Source: Spirochaetaceae bacterium (GTDB lineage Bacteria; Spirochaetota; Spirochaetia; DSM-2461). Taken from it: a stretch of 64,000 nt of DNA. Both the position numbers and the translations under genes were made by a program. Below the pieces are notes generated by a model, which searched no databases, was not told the DNA's origin, and saw nothing but the letters and a program-made list of their open reading frames with translations. Below, piece by piece: positions 20,887 to 31,509 of this stretch. How positions within the stretch are numbered: position 1 is the first letter of the stretch; every line of letters begins with the position of its first letter. Where the stretch lies: positions 128,001-192,000 of the forward strand of contig JAOPTT010000004.1 in assembly GCA_051531975.1 (NCBI GenBank). Direction: 5' to 3'.

Positions 20887-23288
20887 TTTTTTACCTCATT
20901 TGGTAGAATAATCCGGTTCAATAGTGGGTTTTTTTTCTTGAAAACAGGAATTTTATCGATAGGAGTTTTAATTGTATATGTATTATTACCTTTATAGGAT
21001 TTCCCTGTAAAAAAATCAAACCAATCTCCTGCAGGAAGGTATATTTCTCTTTCTGTTTGCCCAGCATATAGAATTGGACACACTATTAAATCTCTACCAA
21101 ACAGATACTGATCTTCTAATTCCCAGCATTTTGGATCTTCAGGAAAGTCAATAAATAGAAATTTCATTAGAGGTGATGCTGTTTTTTTACAAAATTCTGC
21201 TTCTTCTAATATGTATGGAATTAGTTCCATCCTTAATTTTGCATAATATCTATAAATATCTATAACTTCAGGGCTATCTGTTCTTTTTGCAATATTCCAT
21301 GGTGTCCGGTCTACATGGTTCTCTTCGTGGTTAAAAAATTCAGAATGGTACTGCATAATAGAACCAAAACAGGCAAAAGAAGTCGATCTTAAATATAATT
21401 CAGCTGTTGGGATTTCACCACTAAAACCACCGATATCCCAACCCATAAACGGAACACCTGATATTCCTGTATTTAAAACAGCATTTAATACAGATCTATG
21501 TGCATCCCATGTCGAATCCTGATCTCCAGCCCAATGAACAGGTGAGTTTTGTACTCCCATAAATCCAGATCTACTAAATGTAATTCCACCATTTTTTTCA
21601 TTAATAAACTTATAATAGCTATTAATATAATGGTTTGGATACTCATTCCATAATTCAGATCCAGTTCTTCCATCAGAAAATTTTAATTCTGTGCCCCAAA
21701 GATGTTCTCCTCCATCAGTTTTAAATCCATCGATACCTAAATCATCGATTAAATATTCTCTTTTTTTCATCCACCATTCAGTCGCTTCCTCACTTGTAAA
21801 ATCAACAACAAGACTGTCGGTAAACCACCACGGTTTTACAAGGTATGGGGAACCATCTTCATTTTTTACACAATAACCTTTATCAATCATATACTGTTTA
21901 TCTTTTGCATTTTGTTCACAGGTCACACCAGGTTCTAATTTTTTAGATACAGGTATCTGCCATAAAATAAGTTTTGTTCCATCACTATGAATATCATCAA
22001 TCATTGATTTTGGGTTTGGCCATAATCCTTCTTCAGGAAATGTAAAATCTTCATATTTAAAGAATTCTGAAGGCTCCTTTATTTCATGTTTAGCATCATT
22101 CCAAATATAAAAGTTTTTTTCATCACTCCACGCCTCAATAACTAATACAGTAGCTGGGATGTCTAACTCTCTACTTTTATGAATTTCGTTTAATACTCTT
22201 TCTTGACTATTCCATTCATTACTACTCATCCATGGACCAAATGCCCACTCTGGAGGTAATACAGGGAAACCTGTAATTTCTGCCTGAGAAGTTAGGATCT
22301 CTGTAGGTTCGCCTATATGATAAAAGCATTCAAGATCAAAATTTTCTAATTCTACCTCAAAGTTCCAGGAGTTTGTTTCAACAAGATCATAAGTAACTTT
22401 ACGAGATGAATTTACACAATGTCCCCAATTCCCAGATGATAGAAAAAAAGGTATAGGTAGGTAGGTTCGACTTCCTTCTCCCTGTGATTTATACTCTTCG
22501 TAAACTCTTACATCTAGATTTTTACCACGCTGATTAAATCCGTTAAATCTCTCACCAAAACCAAAAAACTTCTCAGTAGTTTGGGCATATATTGTTGTTT
22601 TTTGACTTACAGGTTTACCTGCAGAATCAAATCTAAATTCAATAGCTTCGGTTTCTGAATATAAAACTTTGTTATTTTCATTAATAGTTACTTTTCCTGT
22701 TGTTGAATCTATAGAAACCTTATAGTTATTAATATTAACAGTAATATGCTCTGAATTTAATTTCACTATTTCTGATTTGTCATATATTTTTGTATTAATT
22801 AAAGACCCTTGATGTAGTGCAATTCTATTTTTCTCTGAAAAATCTAGAGATCTTTTAAAAACAAAATTATTAATAGATAATTCAATAAATATAATATCTT
22901 CACTTTTTCTAATAGATTTAACTTCTGATACAGAATTAAACCCTTCAAGAATATAAGTAAAATCCTCAGTCACTTTTTCTTCGTTTAATAGAAAACTATA
23001 TGTAAATTTTTCATATGCTTCACCTTTAGGCATAGCTATTTTCCATTCACTTGAAGAATCAGTATCTTTTATCCATTCAGCGTTTATCTGTTTTTCAATA
23101 CCACTATTACTGAAAATTGAGGCTTTTAAGTCTACATTTTTATCTGCCGGTTCAGTTACGACTCCAACAATAACATTATCCTTAAAAGAAGGTATTCTTG
23201 GTATTCTTTCTTCTGGTCCTGAAACGTAAGGATTCCCAACCCCAGTTGGATTATGATTTATATTTATTATCAATTTAAGTATCTCCAT
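20883..23288 (-). CDS. GH31 alpha-glycosidase, likely cycloalternan-degrading 1,3-alpha-isomaltosidase
   Basis: WMSSNEW, LVIEAWSDE, GFKTDGGE nucleophile, HWAGD acid/base, GWDIGGF, MQYHSE; no signal peptide. Confidence 0.8.
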   Translation of the reverse strand: MEILKLIININHNPTGVGNPYVSGPEERIPRIPSFKDNVIVGVVTEPADKNVDLKASIFSNSGIEKQINAEWIKDTDSSSEWKIAMPKGEAYEKFTYSFLLNEEKVTEDFTYILEGFNSVSEVKSIRKSEDIIFIELSINNFVFKRSLDFSEKNRIALHQGSLINTKIYDKSEIVKLNSEHITVNINNYKVSIDSTTGKVTINENNKVLYSETEAIEFRFDSAGKPVSQKTTIYAQTTEKFFGFGERFNGFNQRGKNLDVRVYEEYKSQGEGSRTYLPIPFFLSSGNWGHCVNSSRKVTYDLVETNSWNFEVELENFDLECFYHIGEPTEILTSQAEITGFPVLPPEWAFGPWMSSNEWNSQERVLNEIHKSRELDIPATVLVIEAWSDEKNFYIWNDAKHEIKEPSEFFKYEDFTFPEEGLWPNPKSMIDDIHSDGTKLILWQIPVSKKLEPGVTCEQNAKDKQYMIDKGYCVKNEDGSPYLVKPWWFTDSLVVDFTSEEATEWWMKKREYLIDDLGIDGFKTDGGEHLWGTELKFSDGRTGSELWNEYPNHYINSYYKFINEKNGGITFSRSGFMGVQNSPVHWAGDQDSTWDAHRSVLNAVLNTGISGVPFMGWDIGGFSGEIPTAELYLRSTSFACFGSIMQYHSEFFNHEENHVDRTPWNIAKRTDSPEVIDIYRYYAKLRMELIPYILEEAEFCKKTASPLMKFLFIDFPEDPKCWELEDQYLFGRDLIVCPILYAGQTEREIYLPAGDWFDFFTGKSYKGNNTYTIKTPIDKIPVFKKKNPLLNRIILPNEVKK

Positions 23289-23304
23289 AATTTTATTTTG
23301 TAAA

Positions 23305-23335
23305 GTGACCCTAAATACTATTTAATTAGGGTCAC
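23305..23335 (-). terminator. Intra-operon stem-loop downstream of the SBP gene
   Basis: GTGACCCTAA-N11-TTAGGGTCAC. Confidence 0.6.
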
Positions 23336-23344
23336 AATATTATT

Positions 23345-24604
23345 TTATCTAAGTGTTTCGATTAGTTTTGCACTATTTTCCAATGCTTCTTCTGCAGAGA
23401 TAAGTCCAAGGTTTGCTTCAGCTAAGAAAGCCCCGATACCATCTTGTAGTTCGTTCTGCTTTTCAATAACTGGTGGAACAATAGAGTATTTTAATGAATT
23501 AAATACAGCCTCTCTATTCGCTGGACTTCCCATTCCTATATAAGAAGCAACAATACTTTCATCTTTTATAGTTGGTAACTCCCAGCCAGTTCTAATTCTC
23601 ATATCAGCAGATTCTTTGCTTGAAGAGAAAAATTTTGCCCATTTCCATGCAGCTTCAGATTTTTTGGTACTGCCACTAATTGCTAAAGTATTTGCAAAAA
23701 AGTGTGTAGCTTTCTCACTCATTCCTGGCTCTACTTCTATGTCCCAATCAAATTCTGCTGCACCAAATGCATCAAACATCCAGATACCACTTACAAGCAT
23801 TCCAAGTTTCCCAGATATAAACAGATCTCCGTCAGATACTCCTGCCATCTCTGTTTCTGTTGGCATAATTCCTAAATCATTTTGAATCGCAAGCATCTTT
23901 TTAAAAGCTTCAACATTCTGTGGAGAATCAATTACGACTTTTCCGTTTGCATCAAAAACTGATCCACCATTTTGTGCCATTTTTTTATAGAATTCCCAGA
24001 ATTGGATTCCAGAATATAATCCCCAAACATCATTCTCAACATCTCTTATTTTAAGAGCTGCTTTAATTGCATCGTCCCATGTCCAGTCTTCTGTAGGAGC
24101 AGAAAGCCCTGCGGTCGAAAATAGGTCCTTATTATAGTAGAGAACTACAGTTGAAAATGTTTCAGGAAGCCCATATTGTACCCCTTTATAGTTAAAGGAA
24201 TCATATGATCTTGGGTAAAAAATATCTTTTGAAAAATCACTATCAGCTGCTGCAAGTTTATCCATATCATATAAAATACCTTTTGCTGCATATGTTACAA
24301 AGTTCTCGTAGTTTAGTTCAAAAACATCTGGAAGCATTCCAGCTGCAGCGTTTACCTGTAATTTATTAAAGTAGTCATTCCAGCCTGCTGTTTCAACTTT
24401 AACTGTGATATCCTTGTTTTTCTCTTCAAAAATGGATATCATTTCGTTTAGATGATCTAAATGATCTGGGGCTGCTGAGAAGGTAAAATAAGTTATTTCT
24501 GTTTTTTCCGAACCTGAGTTAACTTGTTTTTCCTGCTGCCCACTTGCACTGATTGTCGTAATTAGAATAATCATCAATGTGATTAAACATAATTTTTTCT
24601 TCAT
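23345..24604 (-). CDS. Carbohydrate ABC transporter substrate-binding protein
   Basis: Spirochaete-type signal (ISASGQQE), PDVF, YGLP..VLYYNKDLF, WTWDD. Confidence 0.9.
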   Translation of the reverse strand: MKKKLCLITLMIILITTISASGQQEKQVNSGSEKTEITYFTFSAAPDHLDHLNEMISIFEEKNKDITVKVETAGWNDYFNKLQVNAAAGMLPDVFELNYENFVTYAAKGILYDMDKLAAADSDFSKDIFYPRSYDSFNYKGVQYGLPETFSTVVLYYNKDLFSTAGLSAPTEDWTWDDAIKAALKIRDVENDVWGLYSGIQFWEFYKKMAQNGGSVFDANGKVVIDSPQNVEAFKKMLAIQNDLGIMPTETEMAGVSDGDLFISGKLGMLVSGIWMFDAFGAAEFDWDIEVEPGMSEKATHFFANTLAISGSTKKSEAAWKWAKFFSSSKESADMRIRTGWELPTIKDESIVASYIGMGSPANREAVFNSLKYSIVPPVIEKQNELQDGIGAFLAEANLGLISAEEALENSAKLIETLR

Positions 24605-24650
24605 TTCTATTCTCCTTTTATCTATTAAGATACAACGTATCTTTAAATTA

Positions 24651-25481
24651 CTAATCTTTTATTCCTGAATGACTTATACCTTGAATAAAATGTCTCTGGT
24701 TAAACATAAAAACTATTACAATTGGAACAATTGATATAACACCACCAGCCATTACCATGTTCCATTTAGTAGCATACCGACCATGTAAAAATGATAGCCC
24801 AACTGGAAGTGTCATCATTGTTTCACTTTTGGATACAATAAGAGGCCATAAAAATGAATTCCACGATCCCATAAAAGATAAAACACATAGTGTTGCAATT
24901 GCCGGTTTAACTAATGGTACAATTATTTTTGAAAAGACTATAAAGTGATTTGCTCCGTCCATAAAAGCAGATTCTTCCAACTCTTTTGGTATTTGTAATA
25001 AAGACTGTTTTAGATGAAATACTCCAAATGCAGAATGAAGTGCTGGAACAATTAATGCTAAATATGTATCTATCCAACCAAATAATTTCATTGTTGCAAA
25101 TAGGGGAGTTAATGTTACCTGGAAAGGTACCATCATAGTTCCAATAAAAACCATAAATAAAATCTCTTTCCCTCTGAAGTTCATTCTTGCAAAAGCATAA
25201 GCAGCCATTATACTGGTCAGAATTTGTCCAGATGTTACTAATGTCGCTACAAGAACGCTATTTATCAACATTCTAAACATAGGAAACAGTTTAAAAAGTT
25301 CCCTATAACTATCCAATGTTGCATTTTCAGGGAAAAACCGAGGAGGCATTTCTAAAATATACTGGTTAGACTTTACAGAAGTTGAAATCATCCAGAGTAG
25401 GGGTATTATCATTGTTAATGCAGCCAATATTATAAGAACATATAAGATTATTTGTTTTTTATGTACAATTTTATTAGTCAT
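24651..25481 (-). CDS. Carbohydrate ABC transporter permease (MalG type)
   Basis: IPKELEESAFMDGA EAA loop, WNSFLWP. Confidence 0.9.
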   Translation of the reverse strand: MTNKIVHKKQIILYVLIILAALTMIIPLLWMISTSVKSNQYILEMPPRFFPENATLDSYRELFKLFPMFRMLINSVLVATLVTSGQILTSIMAAYAFARMNFRGKEILFMVFIGTMMVPFQVTLTPLFATMKLFGWIDTYLALIVPALHSAFGVFHLKQSLLQIPKELEESAFMDGANHFIVFSKIIVPLVKPAIATLCVLSFMGSWNSFLWPLIVSKSETMMTLPVGLSFLHGRYATKWNMVMAGGVISIVPIVIVFMFNQRHFIQGISHSGIKD

Positions 25482-26355
25482 AATGTACCCACCTTTTTTG
25501 TCCTTTAACCTGCAATACTGTTATCAATAAAATAATTATGAATAAGGCGAATGCTATTGTTGATGCATAACCCATGTTGTAATACCTAAATGCATGTTTA
25601 TAAACTTGTTCCACTAAGACACTTGTAGAGCCAACAGGACCACCCTCTGTCATTACCCAAACCTGATCAAATACCTGGAATGAATTAATCAGAGATATTA
25701 TTAAAACAAAAAATGTTGTTGGTGATAATAATGGTATTGTTATTTTGAAGAAACATCTAACTTTTCCAGCACCGTCAATAGATGCAGCTTCGATTAAACT
25801 TTTGGGTATTGCCTGTAGCCCGGATAAAAATAACATCATTACAAATCCTGTATCTTTCCATACACTTGTTATTATTATTGCGATCATAGCCCACTGGGGA
25901 TCATATAACCACGCCGGACCTGTTTGGCCTAAAAGGGATATAACATAGTTAATTAGCCCATATTTAGGATTAAACAACCATGTCCATAACAATGCTACAG
26001 CGATCCAGGAAGAGACAACGGGAATAAAAAAAGCCGTTCTAAATATACCCTTCCCCTTAATATTACTATTCATTAAAACAGCAACAAAAAGACCTGATAT
26101 CATTACTAATGGAATATATCCAATAACAAATGTTATTGTATGTAATAATGAATCACTGAATTTTTCATCAGTAAAAAGTTTTGCAAAATTCTGAAGACCT
26201 ACAAATTTCATATCACTAATTAGATCCCACCTAAAACCTGTTAGTAGAAAGGATAATATTATCGGTATAACTGTGAACAATACCAAACCTGTTATTGCTG
26301 GTAAAATAAAAAACAATACCCAAAGGTTTTTTTTAGTTCTGTTTTCTCCTACCAT
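25474..26355 (-). CDS. Carbohydrate ABC transporter permease (MalF type)
   Basis: FVGLQNF, LQAIPKSLIEAASIDGA, FQVFDQ. Confidence 0.9.
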   Translation of the reverse strand: MVGENRTKKNLWVLFFILPAITGLVLFTVIPIILSFLLTGFRWDLISDMKFVGLQNFAKLFTDEKFSDSLLHTITFVIGYIPLVMISGLFVAVLMNSNIKGKGIFRTAFFIPVVSSWIAVALLWTWLFNPKYGLINYVISLLGQTGPAWLYDPQWAMIAIIITSVWKDTGFVMMLFLSGLQAIPKSLIEAASIDGAGKVRCFFKITIPLLSPTTFFVLIISLINSFQVFDQVWVMTEGGPVGSTSVLVEQVYKHAFRYYNMGYASTIAFALFIIILLITVLQVKGQKRWVHYD

Positions 26356-26371
26356 CTGTTACTCTTTTTAA

Positions 26372-27541
26372 TCAAATTTCTCTCCTGAAAACTTCTTTAA
26401 TTACTAGGGTTGCGACCCCTCTTATCCATAAATTATCATTGTATGTAACAGACTTTATCTCAATTTCATCTGATAGACCGTATACTACATTTTCTTTTAA
26501 AGAGCTCTGAACTGCTTCTTTCATGTAGTCGTAATATACAGCTCCTTCACCACTTACAATAATTGTCTCAGGATCAAATAAGTTCATTAAAGTTGACATT
26601 CCTATTCCAAGGTATGTACCTGCAGTAACAAATGCTTTCAAGGCACTTTCATCGCTTTTTTCTGCAAGGGAAATTAGATCATCTATAGTTACATCACAAC
26701 CTGTAAATTCTTTGTAATAACCCAATATTGCACTGTTAGAAGCATATGCTTCTAGACAACCACTTTGTCCACAATTACATTTATGAATATTTGTTGCGTC
26801 GGATATTTTCATATGGCCAAACTCACATGCTAAATGATGACTTCCTCTATATAAATCATCTGCAATTATAACTCCAGCACCGATTCCTCTACCTAATGAA
26901 ACACAGAGGAAATTGCTAAATTCCTGACCAACTCCAAAATACTTTTCACCAAGGGTAAATGCATTTACATCATTTTCTAAAAAAAGTGGAATTCCAGTTT
27001 GCTTTTCGATAAGAGAAGCTATAGGAACATTTTTTAGTTTCAAAATTGAGCTTTCAATAAGTATTCCTTCCTCGAAGTTTATCTTGCCACCAAGTCCAAC
27101 ACCTATACCAAATATTTTTCCATTATTGTTATTTTTTTCATATTTTATTAAGGATTTTACTATGTCCAACAGTACTTCCACTAATTCTGCTTCTGTAAAA
27201 TCATGGCTAAACTCTTTTGATGATGTTTTAATAATTTTACTACTTAAATCAACTAACGCTCCAACTATTCTATTCTGCATCAGTTTTATTCCGATTGCTC
27301 GTCCACCTTCATAATTCACTCTTAGAAGTATGGCTTTTCTACCTCCTGAAGATAGATCTTTCCCAGTTTCACAAACTAACCCCTCTGAGATTAGTTGATC
27401 AACTAAATTTGAGCATGTAGAACGACTTAAGCCAGTGGATTTTGATAGTGATGCTCTGGATATGGGCCCATCAAGTCTAATTTTCTCTAGAACAACAGTT
27501 ATATTCATATTTTTAATATAATCTTGATCTCCAATTTTCAA
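26372..27541 (-). CDS. ROK family transcriptional repressor
   Basis: N-terminal HTH (SRASLSKSTGLSRST..GGRKA), LENDVN, EFGH, CNCGQSGCLE. Confidence 0.9.
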   Translation of the reverse strand: MKIGDQDYIKNMNITVVLEKIRLDGPISRASLSKSTGLSRSTCSNLVDQLISEGLVCETGKDLSSGGRKAILLRVNYEGGRAIGIKLMQNRIVGALVDLSSKIIKTSSKEFSHDFTEAELVEVLLDIVKSLIKYEKNNNNGKIFGIGVGLGGKINFEEGILIESSILKLKNVPIASLIEKQTGIPLFLENDVNAFTLGEKYFGVGQEFSNFLCVSLGRGIGAGVIIADDLYRGSHHLACEFGHMKISDATNIHKCNCGQSGCLEAYASNSAILGYYKEFTGCDVTIDDLISLAEKSDESALKAFVTAGTYLGIGMSTLMNLFDPETIIVSGEGAVYYDYMKEAVQSSLKENVVYGLSDEIEIKSVTYNDNLWIRGVATLVIKEVFRREI

Positions 27542-27567
27542 TTTATAGTACCTACCTCTCCAAATCG

Positions 27568-27620
27568 TTTGTTTGTTCGATGGATAAACAAAGTATAGGG
27601 TCAGATTTATTTTCTGTCAA
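27568..27620 (-). promoter_or_regulatory. Sigma-70 promoter and XylR/ROK-type 25-bp operator
   Basis: Minus strand TTGACA(27620)-17 bp-TATACT(27597); imperfect palindrome TTTGTTTGTTCGATGGATAAACAAA 27568-27592 covering the start site. Confidence 0.75.
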
Positions 27621-27735
27621 TAAAAGATATTGGTTAAATAAAAAAAATGTATACTTGTCTAAGGTTGTTGAGAATATATAACATGTTCTTGTTAGATTTT
27701 TTAGTGTATATCTTAACAAGGTAAAAGGTTAAGCT

Positions 27736-28257
27736 ATGTTCATGAGTTGGATATATAAAAACAGTTTAGACAATAGACAAAGGTATGTACTTGGAGAGGA
27801 AGGGAGTAAAATCCTTGTCTGTATTGGTATAAATCCCAGTACTGCTGAGCCAAATAACCTAGACAATACTTTAATCAGGGTTAAAAATAGAGCTCTGTCC
27901 TTAGGTTATGACTCTTGGATCATGATAAATGTATATCCACAGAGAGCAACTAACCCGGATAAATTACACAAAAATTTACACCTCGATATCCATAAAAAAA
28001 ACATACTTGAGATTTCCGAAACCCTTAAGGGAAGAAATTTTGATGTATGGGCAGCATGGGGGACTCTACTTACAAAACGTAAATATTTAAAAAGATGTCT
28101 TAGTGATATTGTGGATGTTTTAGGAGATGGTTTCGATTGGTTTACAATTGGAAAAAGATCGGTAGATGGGCATCCACATCACCCTCTGTATCTTACAAAT
28201 GGTCTGCCATTAGATTCATTTAGTATTTCTAGTTATATTAAATTATTAAGTAAATAG
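27736..28257 (+). CDS. DUF1643 domain protein
   Basis: GINPSTA..D.T, NVYPQRATNP, AAWG, GHPHHPLY. Confidence 0.85.
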   Translation: MFMSWIYKNSLDNRQRYVLGEEGSKILVCIGINPSTAEPNNLDNTLIRVKNRALSLGYDSWIMINVYPQRATNPDKLHKNLHLDIHKKNILEISETLKGRNFDVWAAWGTLLTKRKYLKRCLSDIVDVLGDGFDWFTIGKRSVDGHPHHPLYLTNGLPLDSFSISSYIKLLSK

Positions 28258-28833
28258 AAAGTTTTTAATACCTGTGAATATCATCTGTGCTGCAAGGGCT
28301 GCTAATATTAGACCTGTTAACTTACTTACAATTATTATCCCTCTCTTCTTAATAGCCCTTTCAATATAAGCTGAAACAACTAATACCATACCAACTGATA
28401 GAGCTGCTACAATAACAGCTAAAGATCCGGTTATTCTAGAATCTGAAGTAGTGAACTCCGTACCCATAATCATAATAGCACCAATAGTCGCAGGACCTAC
28501 AATTGTAGGAATTGCTAATGGAACAACTGTAAAGTCATCATCTGGATTTATATTTTTTGTTTTATTTCCTTTAATTAGGGATACCGCAGATAGGAAAAGT
28601 AGAGCACCTGCGCCAATTCTAAACGCATCTACTGTAATACCAAAAACATTAAATATCTGGTTTCCAAAAAAGAGTAAAACAAGGCTAATTACTAGTACTG
28701 AGAAGGTAGTTTTTGCAGCAAGCCCAATTCTCTCCTTCTCTGTTGCATGGTCAGTCATGGCTAAAAACATTGAGAGGGCAAAAAATGGGGTATATAGGAA
28801 AAACATCTTAATCCAGATTGATATAAAATTCAT
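28246..28833 (-). CDS. MarC family inner membrane protein
   Basis: FGITVDAFRIGAG, VPLAIPTIVGPATI. Confidence 0.9.
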   Translation of the reverse strand: MNFISIWIKMFFLYTPFFALSMFLAMTDHATEKERIGLAAKTTFSVLVISLVLLFFGNQIFNVFGITVDAFRIGAGALLFLSAVSLIKGNKTKNINPDDDFTVVPLAIPTIVGPATIGAIMIMGTEFTTSDSRITGSLAVIVAALSVGMVLVVSAYIERAIKKRGIIIVSKLTGLILAALAAQMIFTGIKNFLFT

Positions 28834-28895
28834 AAATATTTATATATCATTTAGATCTGTATGTATCAACATGAATTGACGAAAAAAGTAAAAAA

Positions 28896-30467
28896 CTACC
28901 TCTTTTTTGCCAGTTTTAGCAATCTTTTAAGTGTTTTATCCTTAAAAATGAAAAGTAATGCAAAATATATTATGAAGAATAGTAATGCAGATAAAATAAA
29001 AGGAACTCCTATTCTTAGTATTTCACCCTGGTTTGGTAGTAAATTAAGTAAAAATGATTTTGTTTTAATTAATGGATAAATAGATATTGTTGTTGCAATA
29101 ACTATCTTTAAAACTGTTGGTATCAAAGTTTTTATTGTTCTTTTAAAATTTATATTATCTTTTTTATTTAAGAAGATAAAAGATAAAAGCATCTGTATAA
29201 AAGATGATATTATAACTGCTAAGGCTATACCGTTTCCTCCCATTATAGGTGCTAAAGTAAACATTAAAATTGTACCAATTAACAGAGATATAATTCCAAG
29301 TTTTGCTGGTGTTCTTGAGTCTTCCATAGCGAAGAAAGCGGGATTTGTAATTCTAGTAACAGCAATAAAAAATAGCCCAGAGATATGATACCTAAATACT
29401 CCGGCTGTCATCTCTAACTCTTTAAGACCAAACTTTCCTCTAAAATATATTAATTCCACTATTTCATATGAGTATATAAAAGCAAATATGGATATTGGAA
29501 TTGTTATAAGTGTTATAGCTCCAAGGCTAAGTTCTAAGCTACTAGAAAAACTATCCCAGTTAAGATCCTTAGCATCTTTAGAAAGTGTAGAAATTAGAAT
29601 AGTTCCAATTGATACAACAAATATCCCTAGAACTAACTCTTGTAGTCTAAGGGAGTATATTAGGGCTGAATTAACACCTTCCCCTGTTGCTAGTGATACA
29701 AAGTTTGCAACTAAAGTACTTAGCTGGTAGGCACCCATACTTAGTAGGGTTGGTGCAATTAATCTTCCAACATTTTTTGTACCACTATTTTTAAAGGCAT
29801 TTCTTAATTTAACAAATTTGAAGCTAAATCCATTTTTAAGAACAAATGGCAGCTGATAAACCATCTGTATTAAACCACCAACTGTTACCCCAATAGCCAT
29901 AGCTCTAGCAGGATTCCCAGCAACTTTAGATAGTAAAAGTGTGGTTGTTATTACAATAACATTCCAAAGGATTGGTACAAAACCACCAGGAGCAAAGATA
30001 TTTAAACTATTTAAAACACCTTGTAGAAGTGCCGCTATTGATACAAAAGCGAGATAAGGAAACATTATCCTAGTTAGAAATACTAATTCTGTAATATCAG
30101 CATTTTTAGTATCAACAAATTTATAAATAAGTGGGGTTATTATTATTCCGATAATTACTGTTAAAGTTACTAAAAATGTTAAAATTGTAAATATAGAATT
30201 TAAAAAGTCTTTTGTATTTTTACTGTTATCTGATTTAAGTAGACCCTTAAAGGTAGGGATAAAAGCTGCAGTCATAGAGGCCTCAGCAAATAGGCGTCTT
30301 AAAACATTAGGAATTGCAAATGCAACATTAAATGCATCGTTTAATATGCTTCCTCCTATAAATCTAGCTTTCATAATCTCTCTAACTAAGCCTAGAATCC
30401 TAGAACCAAATGTTAAAAAAATAAGTGAAAGGATTGCTGACTTTTTAAGCTTCTTCTCTTTTGACAT
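28896..30467 (-). CDS. murJ: Lipid II flippase MurJ
   Basis: SRILGLVRE, DAF..AF.IPN.LRRLFAE, RIMFPYL; many TM segments. Confidence 0.9.
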   Translation of the reverse strand: MSKEKKLKKSAILSLIFLTFGSRILGLVREIMKARFIGGSILNDAFNVAFAIPNVLRRLFAEASMTAAFIPTFKGLLKSDNSKNTKDFLNSIFTILTFLVTLTVIIGIIITPLIYKFVDTKNADITELVFLTRIMFPYLAFVSIAALLQGVLNSLNIFAPGGFVPILWNVIVITTTLLLSKVAGNPARAMAIGVTVGGLIQMVYQLPFVLKNGFSFKFVKLRNAFKNSGTKNVGRLIAPTLLSMGAYQLSTLVANFVSLATGEGVNSALIYSLRLQELVLGIFVVSIGTILISTLSKDAKDLNWDSFSSSLELSLGAITLITIPISIFAFIYSYEIVELIYFRGKFGLKELEMTAGVFRYHISGLFFIAVTRITNPAFFAMEDSRTPAKLGIISLLIGTILMFTLAPIMGGNGIALAVIISSFIQMLLSFIFLNKKDNINFKRTIKTLIPTVLKIVIATTISIYPLIKTKSFLLNLLPNQGEILRIGVPFILSALLFFIIYFALLFIFKDKTLKRLLKLAKKR

Positions 30468-30534
30468 TATTACTCCTAAAAGTGATTATATCAGGTTCGT
30501 AGATTAATTAAAGATGTTTCTTTACACTGTAGCC

Positions 30535-31509
30535 ATGAACTGTTTCCAAGACTTAACTCCAGATAAAATTATACGATGTGCAGAAGAGAGCCTAGATAGA
30601 AAATTTTCTGGTTATCTACATCCATTGCCAAGTTATATTAATAGAGTTTATGAATTAGAGGATTCAGCTGGTGAGCGGTTTATTATTAAATTCTATCGAC
30701 CTGATAGATGGAAATTAGATGCATTAATGGATGAACATGATTTTATCGCCGATTGTTTTGAAGATGAAATACCAGTTGTACCACCTTTAGTACTAAATGG
30801 AGATGGTACATTATCCGATGATGATGGTATCTTTTATGCTATTTTTAATAAAAAATCAGGACGATTAATAGAACTTAATACCGATGACGATTGGATTCGT
30901 TTAGGTGCCATAATTGGCAGGATGCATAGAGCTGGTTACCAGTACGAGGCTCATAATAGAGTAATTCTTCATCCTGAAAAAACAACAAAAGATGATATTG
31001 ATTTTTTATTAGATGAGAATCTAATTCCAGAACCATATAGAAGTGAATTTATTAGATTAACTGATGTACTACTAGAATTGATTATTCCACTTTTTAAGGA
31101 TGTTCCACTACAAAGAATTCATGGAGACTGTCATTGTGGAAATATTTTAGATAGGGATAAAGAGGGGTTAATGTTAATCGATTTTGATGACATGGCAACT
31201 GGGCCAGCTGTTCATGACTTATGGTTATTACTACCTGGTTATTATGCAGATTGTATAACCCAGATGGATCTACTCCTAGAGGGTTATTCTCAGTTCTCTC
31301 ATTTTAATCCAAAACATCTGAAATTGATCGAGCCATTAAGAGCTATGCGTATGATCTATTTTACATCTTGGTGTGGGACCCAGATCGATGATTATAAATT
31401 TATGTTAAATTTTCCTGACTGGGGCTCTGTAGGCTTTTGGGAAAAGGAAATTACAGACTTAGAAGTTCAGCTATCTGTTATTATCGAGGATTTAAAGGAA
31501 AAGGACTAA
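30535..31509 (+). CDS. srkA: SrkA/RdoA (YihE) family Ser/Thr kinase
   Basis: SYINRVY, KFYRP.RW, RIHGDCH.GNIL, IDFDD, PAVHDLW; start moved to ATG 30535 behind a TACACT -10 box. Confidence 0.85.
   Translation: MNCFQDLTPDKIIRCAEESLDRKFSGYLHPLPSYINRVYELEDSAGERFIIKFYRPDRWKLDALMDEHDFIADCFEDEIPVVPPLVLNGDGTLSDDDGIFYAIFNKKSGRLIELNTDDDWIRLGAIIGRMHRAGYQYEAHNRVILHPEKTTKDDIDFLLDENLIPEPYRSEFIRLTDVLLELIIPLFKDVPLQRIHGDCHCGNILDRDKEGLMLIDFDDMATGPAVHDLWLLLPGYYADCITQMDLLLEGYSQFSHFNPKHLKLIEPLRAMRMIYFTSWCGTQIDDYKFMLNFPDWGSVGFWEKEITDLEVQLSVIIEDLKEKD

Noticed and set aside
27736..28257. DUF1643 gene as a marker of a prophage or island boundary
   Set aside because: No integrase, att-like repeats or phage genes nearby.
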